Assembly: GCF_001194135.2 (NCBI RefSeq)
Contig: NC_068982.1
Span: 101,711,839 to 101,759,356, forward strand
From: Octopus bimaculoides
Taxonomy: Eukaryota
Length of the DNA: 47,518 bases
Direction of reading: 5' to 3'
Shown: one piece after another, positions 37,011 to 47,518 of the stretch
How the letters are laid out: the number at the start of each line of letters is the position of its first letter
Position numbering within the stretch: position 1 is the stretch's first letter
Made by a program: the position numbers and the translations under genes
Notes under the pieces: generated by a model
Seen by the model: only the letters and a program-made list of their open reading frames with translations
Database searches by the model: none
Told to the model about the DNA's origin: nothing

Positions 37011-38824
37011 TGAAAGCTACGGTAGGGGTAAAGTGTCGGATAGTGTGTGGTTGTCTATTCTAGACAGATAACAACACTAAAGCTTGTTGCATAGAAGCTA
37101 TATTAAACTTTTTCTAGAAATCCTATCGTTATTTTGTACGGACTCACATCGTGACGTATCGTGTACATAGATTCTTCCGCCAAGCAAACTGTACCAACGA
37201 AGTGACATCTACTTCACACACTGAGTAGATATTTCATTTCGTCGTCCTCCATTCGAAATTACTCAACTACATCGCACCGCAATAATTTATTAATGAATAT
37301 ATTAACGAAAATCTATGGATAATTACTGTGAAACACACGTGTGTGCGCACGCGTTTGCGCGTGTCTGTACTCTCGCGCACATGTCATCAGCTAATACTTT
37401 AATACAATACAATTTCAAACATACAAAAGTATTGCATGTTAATAACATTTTGCTTTAGACAATTATTATTTTTTATCAGTGTTTTTGTTTCCTATTGGTT
37501 TCTCAAATCCAAGCTGAAAATGAAGACATTGCATTCTTCTCCCGAGAGATCGAAAGTAAAAATTCTGTTTCTGTTGCATGATGTTTAGTTGGCGCCATAG
37601 TGATAAATGCAAATATCGAATTTCAACATTTGATTTCCCTTGAATTTCCTTTCCTTCGTTCTTCTGACATTTTCATGTCAGACATTTCAAATTATTTTGT
37701 CATATTTTGACCTAGAGGAATATGATTAGTCAAAGAATTCGTTTGTATAACCGCAAATATGCTAGCGGAGGCTATGTTGGAGCAAAAATATTAACTCTAC
37801 CTTTGAAATTCAGATTAGAAGTTCGATATGTATTTCTATCCTTTGGGCAATTGTTTAGTAGTTAGTCTTGCATTTTGACAAAGTTAATATCAACAAGATA
37901 TTAAAACGCGTTGAACAACTACTCTGCACACATATGTGCGCAACCACACAGTTCACCACAGACAGATGCGCTTAGGAACACATGCATACACGGACAAATT
38001 CATGAGCATATGTATTCTGTATTTGCAGTTTCTATTCAGTGAGTGTATAAGCCGTTTTACATAGACAGACATATATGGCAACACGCACGCATATATATAN
38101 NNNNNNNNNNNNNNNNNNNNNNNNNNNNNNNNNNNNNNNNNNNNNNNNNNNNNNNNNNNNNNNNNNNNNNNNNNNNNNNNNNNNNNTATATATATATGTG
38201 TGTCAGGTCAGTAATGAGGTTCTCACAAGTGCTATTGGTAACATGGAATCCAGTACAACCTGTTGCATGGTCATATTGTCGGTGACTAAACCGGCACACC
38301 TATCAAGCTACCTTGGTGAGGAGAGTTGCTAAAAATCCAGCAGGATTAAAAACAACATCTGTTGAAAGGTCGGATGAACCTAGTGCAGGCTCAACGGCTT
38401 TCTAGCAATAGCACGAGTAGGCAGAAATTCTGGGATGGTGTCCGGCGTGCTGAAAGATTACTGGAAGAGTCCAAAACCTAGGTACTAGATTATCCAATTC
38501 TGGGTTATCCATTTATCTAATGTTCTTCCTAGAGAACATTAATGTGTATATACTGCCCTCACAAGTCTTTGCCAGTATATACACATTGAAGCTTTACTAT
38601 AGCATCGTAAGAGTATCGACTGCTATCTCCAGTAAACATTGGTGCCTTGTTGTATCACTACTCAATATATTTATACTTCTACCTTTGCGTCTGTGTGTGT
38701 GTAGTGAGAGTGAGAGAGAGCGAGTTATATATATAGATATAATGCAGACATACACTCATACGCACGCATACAAGAACGTAGATATTCACACACTCAAATA
38801 GAAATATGTCCGTGTATATATATA

Positions 38825-38855
<31 letters not shown>

Positions 38856-39119
38856 ATGTGTGTAGTGCTTTAATAGATCTACTTATTCATCGGAATTCTT
38901 TATATCCTAATTGATTGAGAAAGAGAAGGAAAAAGCAATAGTGGTAAGTGGAAGCAATTTTTGCTTAAAGTCAAGCAACCATTTCGATTTCCGACACTTT
39001 CGTTACAATTCTGTGATGGAATTTGCAACAAAAAGACAATGCTGAAGATAATCTAACAATCGGACGCACCATTATTTTGTAATGTTGTTCAATTGAGAAT
39101 TATTTGTCCATTTCTGCAG

Positions 39120-39157
39120 CAGATGCATTCAAGAAAATTGATTGGTTATAAATCTCA
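39120..39157 (+). CDS. Candidate 38-nt exon (QMHSRKLIGYKS-Q)
   Basis: Strong acceptor attatttgtccatttctgcag, donor TCA|gtaagt; only the phase 0-2 frame is open. Confidence 0.25.
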
Positions 39158-40525
39158 GTAAGTATTATATTAGTCACACTTGCATCAAAGAAGGTCTTTT
39201 TTTCGTTATTTATTAATAATACAACAAGGCCTTTACGTTATAAGTTACAAATACTTTATATTCCAGATGGCTCGTGAATGGTTAACTTTTGACCATTCAT
39301 TACTTATTTTATCAACACTAGAAACATGCAATATAAAGCCGAGCGTAGCTTTATTTGATAACAGAAATATGAAACATCAAACTAAACACTCTGAAGTATA
39401 TAAGCCAGTTATGTAACTTCTGCGCAGCCTTTTTCGTTATCATAAGGATTTCTTACTTACCCACAAGGTCAAACATTTATAGAGAGGAAAAAGGTTGTGT
39501 TACATATAGGAAATTTCAAATGACATTCGTAGAGAGAGGTTACCAGAATTTCAAATAGAAATTGCAATCACGTCGCGAAGTTTCTACTTCTTCGACAGAG
39601 CTGGCTACAGAGTTAGATTATAATAAACGGACACAGCGTATCCCTGAAAAGTTCATAAGCTGACTATGGAATAGTAATTCTAGAGCTGCGAAATCTTATA
39701 TGTGTTTTTATTAATAACTGCATTGTTTCTTTCCAGGTAAACAGTTATCTGATTGTTCAAAGAAAACTTCGAAAGTAAATAGTAGCGACTTTGATTGAAC
39801 TAGGCAAAATTTGGCATCGTGGTGATATCAAGTACCGGCAGAAAAGTGTTTTTCCCCTAAGGACATTGATGTTGACATAGTTGCTACATGAGGGGATGAC
39901 GTTTCAACTTTATTAACAAAAGTGGCTAGTTGAATTTAGGAGAGGAAGGGATAATCTTGAAGATGACCCAAGATCTGGACGACCTGGAACTGCAACCATC
40001 GAGGAAAACAATGGTCCAGTTGCTCAAATGATGAAGGATGACAGGAGATTAGCTATCAGTCGAATAGCCAATGCTATTAGCATATTCCAAGAAGAAGTTG
40101 AGAATATTCTGCACAATGAACTTGGCATGGTGAAGGTGTCTGTGGTGGGTGCCACGTCTACTGACACGTGGTCAAAAGTGCACCAGGCTGCTCAAATAAC
40201 GAGAAAATCGGAGGCAGATCCAGTTGATTTCGTTGAAAGTATTCTAACTCAGGATGAGTGTTGGCTTGATTAATTAGACCCAGAGACAAAGAGATAATCT
40301 ATGCAGTGGATATACCCCTTCTCACCTGTTCCAAAGAAGAGCAAGTTCATTTCATCTGCAGGGAGGGTAATGGCTTTAGTTTTTTGGTGTTCAAAAGGCT
40401 TTGTGCTTATTGACTATCTTCAAAAGGGTTACACCATCAATGGAGAGTAATATGCCAACTCGCTGAGATAGTTACCAGAGGCTATCATGATCAAATGCCC
40501 AGGAAGACTAACGAAAAGGATCTTG

Positions 40526-41158
40526 GGATCTTGTTCAAAACGGGGGCACCAGTTTTCATTAATGTTTTATGTAGTGTTTTTGGTACCGAAAGACTTTCAA
40601 ACTTCGTATACTTATCTATTTTGTGTTATAGAACAGAAAAAATTTTTGTATTCGGATTTATTTCATGTAAAAAATTGTCTTATTTCGATAATTTCAACCA
40701 ATCACTGACAAGTATTCAGCTGTTTACAGTTACTCCTAAGCGGTGTAAAGCGTATTTAATCTCCATTACTTCTGACATTTTGCAGAGGCAACACACGTGT
40801 GTTCATTTTCCCTAACCCTAACCCTAACTGACTTGCTCCTTCCCTCAAAAACCATGCCTTGTGCCTATAATAGAAAGGTTTATTAGCTACTGCCAATATG
40901 CTTCAGCAATTTTTTGACAAGGAAATAATAATTTTATCACCGCCGCGAATCGTTTGTTTACGTAGTCAGCACTTAATTTTTACGGCTGAATGGCCGTCAG
41001 AAATACGACAACTTTAACATGAAATAACTTGCGATGTACGTTTTTTTGTTAAGAAGACTAAGAGAAAAAGATGCTTTATATGACACATTCTACCAGCGTC
41101 CCAAGTTTCAAAGTGTTTCGTTAAGAAAATACTGGTGCCCCCGTTTTGAACAAGATCC
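40526..41158. mobile_element. 633-bp MITE-like element with perfect 28-bp TIRs and 8-bp TSD, nested in the mariner
   Basis: GGATCTTGTTCAAAACGGGGGCACCAGT at 40526-40553 and its exact reverse complement at 41131-41158; GGATCTTG at 40518-40525 and 41159-41166. Confidence 0.93.
40828..40885 (+). mobile_element. 5'-truncated SINE family A tail inside the MITE
   Basis: gacttgctccttccctc…gccttgtgcctataatagaaaggtttatta matches the family A tail at ~31200. Confidence 0.6.
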
Positions 41159-41837
41159 GGATCTTGTTTATCAGGACAGTACTTTAGCACACACAAGTGC
41201 TTGGTTTCAATGGATGCTGTGCGTGACAGTGTCTTTGAACCAGTTGATCGGTCTCCCTATTGTCCTTATTTGTTTCCATCTGACTATCATCTGTTCCTCA
41301 ACATGAAGAAACACCTGGCTGGGAACCAGTGTCGCAGTGATGATGACGTCACATCTCTTGTTGATAACTATTTTGACCAACAGGATGAAGACTTCTTCAC
41401 CAATAGAATCCAAGCACTACAACATCGATGGAAGAAGTGTGTGAATCGCAAAAGGGTCTATGTTGAAAAATATACTTCATTTGATCACATTCCATGAGAG
41501 TATCTTTGTCAGCCTATGAACTTTTCAGCCGATCCTTGTATGTCATGATAAAGATGCCTAGAATTCAGTAAAGGAGTTGAGTACCCGACTATACATAAAT
41601 TCACTCTCACAGGCGCACACGCATACACGCATATGGCAAGCATGTCACACATATAATGAGGATAAAGAAGAAGTTGATACGGAGAGTAAGAAAGACAAAA
41701 TTTCTGAGGCAATTTCATTTCAGAACAAAGTGGCATGCAAGTGAATACTGCCCCGCCCCCGCCAAAAAAAATTCTCTGGTGTCCTTTCGTTTCTGTTTAA
41801 CAATCACTCGTCTTATTTTCCATTTCACTACCCTCAG

Positions 41838-41966
41838 GTTTACGGTGTTAAATGTGTTAGAGATTCTAGTGACATCACCAATGAAACCAATGAAGTTACT
41901 TTAGTAACAGAATTGTTAAGAATAATTTATTCAAACCGATTGTTAGTTGGTAGCAGATATTACTAA
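41838..41966 (+). CDS. Candidate terminal exon (FTVLNVLEILVTSPMKPMKLL* or VYGVKCVRDSSDITNETNEV...*)
   Basis: Very strong acceptor cttattttccatttcactaccctcag|G; two frames open to stops at 41904 and 41966. Confidence 0.25.
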   Translation, partial: VYGVKCVRDSSDITNETNEVTLVTELLRIIYSNRLLVGSRYY

Positions 41967-42554
41967 ATGCCGATCAATCTAACATTCTAAACGCTCTTCA
42001 ATCTAATTTCCTTCAACATTTCCATTGTTTCATAAACTGACCAGTTACGAAGTTCGTTTACTAATTTCCTAGACACAGCTGGAAAGACGTGGCAAGATAT
42101 AATTACTGTTTTTCTTTTACGAGAAGTCCTTTTACCCGGAGTAAATACTCTTTAAAATCTTGTCAATCAGACATGTTGACAAGTAACGTTAGTCAACACA
42201 TTTGACATTTAAGTGACGCTACAGTGCTATGACAGATACAGACGACTGAATAATGATATGACTATTTAGATTGTCATCAAGCCTAAATTTATAGTTTAAT
42301 TGTAGTCTCCAACATGGTGTTCTGTCTCCAAGAATAACATTTCAGAACTGTATTATTTGTCAGTCTTTGATTCAGACAGATAGAAAAAAAAAACAATACT
42401 TTAATCGGTCGTTATAATTATGCAACACAATTTCATCCATGAAAATGATACCAACCATGGGAACAAATCCACTTTATGAATACGGGATTCTCCCCACAAT
42501 ACGCTAACATGTCCTTCCAGGGCTCATTTTTTTCTTCTGCTTCTTGAACTTTTA

Positions 42555-42880
42555 CTTGTTTCATTTATTGGACTGCTGTCACACAGGATTGCCGCCTTGT
42601 GGGGTTAATCGAACAAATCAGCCTTAGTGTTTAATCCTAGTACTTTTCAATCAGTCCCTTTGCTAAGTTAAGAGACACCTTTTTTCAAGTGATGTGAGGA
42701 GAAACACAAACGCACACACACTTATAAATATATACATAAAAATGGGGTTCCGCACAATTTCCATCCATCTACCACATTCACTCAAAAGGCTCTGATGAAC
42801 CCCAGCTATAGATGACGACACTTAACAAAGATGGTGCGCAGTGAGATTAGATGGTTGCGAAAAGAAACTTCTTAATTATA
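42555..42880 (-). mobile_element. Highly decayed SINE family B
   Basis: ttttacttgtttcatt…ggactgc, ctagtactt, ctaagtt, (CA)n and the head remnant appear in family B order. Confidence 0.65.
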
Positions 42881-43914
42881 TTATACCTGCATCTATATCG
42901 TATTTCCTCAACCGAAAACCATGCCGATACGACAGCTAATGTTATTCAGTATATATCAAAACCATATACAGAGAACATCTAAACGATAAAATTATAAATT
43001 TTTGTAATAAACAATATATTTTTCTAGCACATAATATGGGTTTATAACTATTGCTCGAGTAAACGAGCCAATATTTTTGTATGTATAACCATGTGGTTCC
43101 GGGTCCAGTCTCATCGAACTAAACCTAGAACGAATGTGTTCTTCTAGTACATAGTTGTAACCAGTATCTCGAGATGAGCAGAATCCTGTATATGGGTGTG
43201 CGTTCTTGGGTGTATGTATGCGTATGTATACGGGTGTATGTGAATGTGTGTGCATATGTGTTTGTTCGCGTTTATGTCTAACATCTACGTTAAATTCGAT
43301 TTTGTTTATGCTGTGTTCCTTTATGTCTCGCAACCAAGGTTTCAACAAACACACATCAATAAAATAAAGAACCAGACTACGTCAATTACTGCAGTCGATA
43401 TGATCAGCTAAAGCAACTTTGAAGATGGTGCCTCGGCATGGCCACTGTCCAATGGCTGAAACCAGTAAATGAATTTAAATATTCCGAATGGTTATAGATT
43501 TTAGATTCGTTAGAATTACACTTATAGAAAAAATAAATATTTCTGGTATTTATTTATTCGTAAGAGTATTCAACCTAGAAGAAACATTTATAGCTTGTTA
43601 TTGTACTATCAGCGTAAGTTCCTTCGCTTTCTCCCAATAATCATGAACGTTAATTGTTTAGGAAATATAGAGTAACTCTGACGATGCTTCTTTTTCTGAC
43701 AGCATTATAATCATAAGTTTACGTAAAAGTAACTTAATACTGATCATTGTTGTTCCGTGTGTTTGCCTGCTAAATAGGTAAACATATTAATTCAACAATC
43801 AAGAAATTACTATTCAGGTTTCACAGAAGCAGAATTTTTATACCAAACTAGCAGTGATACAATCATCAGTTTAGATGTTAACTGCAGGCACGAAGATGCA
43901 GTTAACAGTTTCAC

Positions 43915-44045
43915 CTGTCACTGAAGTGGTTTCGAGTTCGATTCTATTTTGAGACCGTGTGAAAATTTCTTCTAACATAGCCTCAGTCAGATCCAAACCT
44001 CATGGGTGAATATGAGCAGATGGAAACTGCGAAAGATCTTTGAAT
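43915..44045 (+). mobile_element. Decayed SINE family B 5' remnant
   Basis: gagttcgattc…cttctaacatagcctc…gatggaaactgcgaaaga resembles 45745-45900. Confidence 0.5.
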
Positions 44046-45522
44046 GGGCCACACCAGCTCAGCGGGGTCACATTCAGTCACTATCTTGTACATAGTTGCC
44101 TTTAGGAAGGTCACTCTGTAGCAATCGTCAGGACGACACTCCGGTATAAGAATAACTTGTTAATTCAAAGCATTCTTTCCTACAGTAACAACCAGTAAAT
44201 AGTAGGATCTTTCTTTTCTTTAACAATTCTTGAAGGCCTTGTAAAATGTCATGAACTTTATTCTTTCTCCTCTTCATATGGATTGACAAGATACGGAAAT
44301 TTGCTTCAGAAAATTACTATTTTTGAGCCAGCATTTTTAATACAAGACATCAGGGTACGTACAATCTCAATTCTGTTGAAGATAAGTTGCCATTTCTATA
44401 TCAGCAATTAACAATACTACTATTCAGGGGACATAATAAAAACAGCTACTTGTGTATATCGCATAGCAGCATAACGTCTGGCAACACATAAAAAAGAATC
44501 TAACTGACATCTGTGTAATGTAAATCTTGACATATTGAATGACCCTAAGCTAACATATCATATAATTCTGACAGCAGTTTCCGTACAATGTTGCGTTATT
44601 CTTGTTTCTATAGGTTAGAAATATAGTAGCTGCGATACTGATCGTGTTTTAGTGTATTTAGTGTTTGATTGTAATTAAGTTATTGTTCTTGTTCTTCTTG
44701 CTATAATCATTGTTATTGTTGTTATGAACAGCGTTTTGGAATGGAGATATATGGAATTTTATATATTATGACGAGTAACAACTTTGATATATCGCAGTTT
44801 TATTTAGTGTAATGCAGTATAGATGGCGGGAGTTTAAGATGGCTGAATCGATATATTGTTGGCCTATCAGACAGAATCGACAGATCGTATTTACTCCCTG
44901 ACACTGAGTAATATTAATATCGAAAATAACTTCCAATCTCGCTGACTAGTTCAACCAAACCGGAAAATGAATTCCAGAGTGACTACAAAATTTTAATGAA
45001 CAACAGCATCGCATAATTTCCTATGCAGCCCTTTGTAATCTAATAACAACGAGTTCGAATCCTCTTAAGTTACTGGATATAATAACGGTTACCCTATCTA
45101 TTGTATAAATTGAGATACTAATAACAGGAGAGCCAATAATCATCTATGGCTGGAGTGTGGACTATTAATATAAATTTTCAATGCATTTCAGTGTGCTATA
45201 TACCAAGAGTGAAACATTACAAACAATTCGAGATGTACTGAGATTAGAAGCATTATGTTCGCATGTTATGTGAGAGTTATTTCATGTCTTAAACCTCGTT
45301 GTTTATCCTAATTCTCGAATTTCTTCATGCAAAGTGTTTGTTTATCCATGTCAAAATCATTTAGATCTTCCTTTCAACTACATATAAAGGTATGAGTTAT
45401 TTCTAGACACATATTGCTACACGTTCATTGTGTAGCTGTAACTTCACGAAATGTGTGCAAATAAATGTAGGTGAAAGGAATGCAGTATATAATTTTTACA
45501 AGCTAAGTACAACGTAGCTGCA

Positions 45523-45554
<32 letters not shown>

Positions 45555-45744
45555 GTGCATGCCTCTTTACGTACGTATGCATATATGCATGCACGTGTGT
45601 ATGTATATGTATGTATATATACATATGTATACGTATGTATTTATATGTTATGTATATGTGTGTATTCTTGTCTCTGTAGGTTAGATATATAGTAGATGCG
45701 ATACTGATCGTATTTTAGCGAACATACATATATATATATATATA

Positions 45745-45900
45745 GGCGCAGGCGTGGCTGTGCGGTAAGGAGCTTGCATTTCAACCACATGGTTCCGGGC
45801 TCAGTCCAACTGCGTAGCACCTTGGGTAAGTGAGTTGTACTATATCCTCGGGCCGACCAATGCTTGTGAGTGGATTTGGTAGACAGAAACTGAAAGAAGC
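45745..45900 (+). mobile_element. SINE family B 5' half (tRNA-like head)
   Basis: ggcgcaggcgtggctgtgcggtaagg…ggttccgggctcagtcc…ggatttggtagacagaaactgaaagaagc. Confidence 0.88.
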
Positions 45901-47127
45901 ACGAAACCGGTATGCTTTTGAATCTCTTTAACAATTCACAATAATGACTTTTATTACTTTTATACCTACCTCAGTTCATCTAATTGTATATANNNNNNNN
46001 NNACAATAATGACTTTTATTACTTTTATACCTACCTCAGTTCATCTAATTGTATATATCTATCGTTACTTTTCATAAAAAGCCTTTACTTTTGGGATTTC
46101 CAATGTGCATCTTCGCTTATTTTACTTCTTACTTTCCCCTTACATTTCCACGTGTAGTTTCTATTTTGATTTTGTAACATATTTCTATTATATATATATA
46201 TAATATATATATATATATANNNNNNNNNNNNNNNNNNNNNNNNNNNNNNNNNNNNNNNNNNNNNNNNNNNNNNNNNNNNNNNNNNNNNNNNNNNNNNNNN
46301 NNNNNNNNNNNNNNNNNNNNNNNNNNNNNNNNNNNNNNNNNNNNNNNNNNNNNNNNNNNNNNNNNNNNNNNNNNNNNNNNNNNNNNNNNNNNNNNNNNNN
46401 NNNNNNNNNNNNNNNNNNNNNNNNNNNNNNNNNNNNNNNNNNNNNNNNNNNNNNNNNNNNNNNNNNNNNNNNNNNNNNNNNNNNNNNNNNNNNNNNNNNN
46501 NNNNNNNNNNNNNNNNNNNNNNNNNNNNNNNNNNNNNNNNNNNNNNNNNNNNNNNNNNNNNNNNNNNNNNNNNNNNNNNNNNNNNNNNNNNNNNNNNNNN
46601 NNNNNNNNNNNNNNNNNNNNNNNNNNNNNNNNNNNNNNNNNNNNNNNNNNNNNNNNNNNNNNNNNNNNNNNNNNNNNNNNNNNNNNNNNNNNNNNNNNNN
46701 NNNNNNNNNNNNNNNNNNNNNNNNNNNNNNNNNNNNNNNNNNNNNNNNNNNNNNNNNNNNNNNNNNNNNNNNNNNNNNNNNNNNNNNNNNNNNNNNNNNN
46801 NNNNNNNNNNNNNNNNNNNNNNNNNNNNNNNNNNNNNNNNNNNNNNNNNNNNNNNNNNNNNNNNNNNNNNNNNNNNNNNNNNNNNNNNNNNNNNNNNNNN
46901 NNNNNNNNNNNNNNNNNNNNNNNNNNNNNNNNNNNNNNNNNNNNNNNNNNNNNNNNNNNNNNNNNNNNNNNNNNNNNNNNNNNNNNNNNNNNNNNNNNNN
47001 NNNNNNNNNNNNNNNNNNNNNNNNNNNNNNNNNNNNNNNNNNNNNNNNNNNNNNNNNNNNNNNNNNNNNNNNNNNNNNNNNNNNNNNNNNNNNNNNNNNN
47101 NNNNNNNNNNNNNNNNNNNNNNNNNNN

Positions 47128-47518
47128 AGTGAGAGAGTGAGAGAGAGTGAGAGAGAGGGAAAGAGAGAAGAGAGTGAGCGAGTAAGGGTGAGAGAGTAAG
47201 AGAGTAAGAGTGTAGAGAGTAAGAGTGAGAGAGGGGGGAGTACGAGAGAAGAGAGTGAGAGAGAGTAAGAGAGAGGAGAGAAAGAGTAGGGGTGAAGAGA
47301 AGTGGGAGTGAAGAGAAGTTGGAGTGAAGAGAAGTAGGAGTGAAGAGAAGTAGGAGTGAAGAGAAGTAGGAATGAAGAGAAGTAGGAGTGAAGAAAAGTA
47401 GGAGTGAAGAAAAGTAGGAGTGAAGAGAAGTAGGAGTGAAGAGAAGTAGGAGTGAAGAGAAGTAGGAGTGAAGAGAAGTAGGAGTGAAGAGAGGTGAAGA
47501 GACGTACAAAGAAGTAGG
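47128..47518. repeat. GA-rich low-complexity tract and 16-bp minisatellite (gaagagaagtaggagt)n
   Basis: About 12-13 units from ~47295; direct reading. Confidence 0.95.

Larger units (their letters stand above)
39634..41538 (+). mobile_element. Decayed mariner (D,D34D) transposon
   Basis: TIR core ctgaaaagttcata(a/g)gctgac at both ends; TA at 41539-41540. Transposase remnants EFRRGRDNLEDDPRSGRP, LTQDECW, QD, PSDYHLFLNMKKHLAG and LQHRWKKCV, with stops and frameshifts. Confidence 0.95.

Noticed and set aside
38203-38500. GC-richer block resembling a LINE 5' UTR
   Set aside because: No diagnostic motif or ORF that I can support.
43818-43950. EGF-like peptide VNCRHEDAVNSFTCH*SGF
   Set aside because: Contains a stop, has wrong Cys spacing, and overlaps a decayed SINE head and a hairpin.
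45938-46057. 55-bp direct repeat either side of a 10-N gap
   Set aside because: Typical unmerged contig overlap; most likely an assembly artefact.

Overview
AT-rich eukaryotic genomic DNA from a gapped draft assembly (many N runs), dominated by microsatellites and interspersed repeats. The SINE families and the microsatellite load match, from memory and not from a database search, coleoid cephalopod (Octopus-type) DNA. No long intact ORF and no recognisable host gene is present; most ORFs in the supplied track are artefacts of microsatellites or N gaps. Well-supported content: a decayed mariner with a young 633-bp perfect-TIR element inserted next to its second catalytic Asp; a ~1.9-kb non-autonomous hAT element with an 8-bp TSD; Penelope-like (PLE) fragments, including a GIY-YIG domain, an RT remnant and two minimal hammerhead-ribozyme motifs; CR1-, RTE- and Dong/R4-like LINE remnants; and about 17 tRNA-derived SINE copies from four families (labelled A-D here). 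Several short, well-bounded candidate exons on both strands can be chained in frame, but I recognise no homology, so they are low-confidence. The most unusual observations are a TSD identical to the element's own terminus, an apparent locally templated insertion, a duplicated acceptor-plus-mini-exon unit, and a possible exon chain interrupted only by UGA codons.
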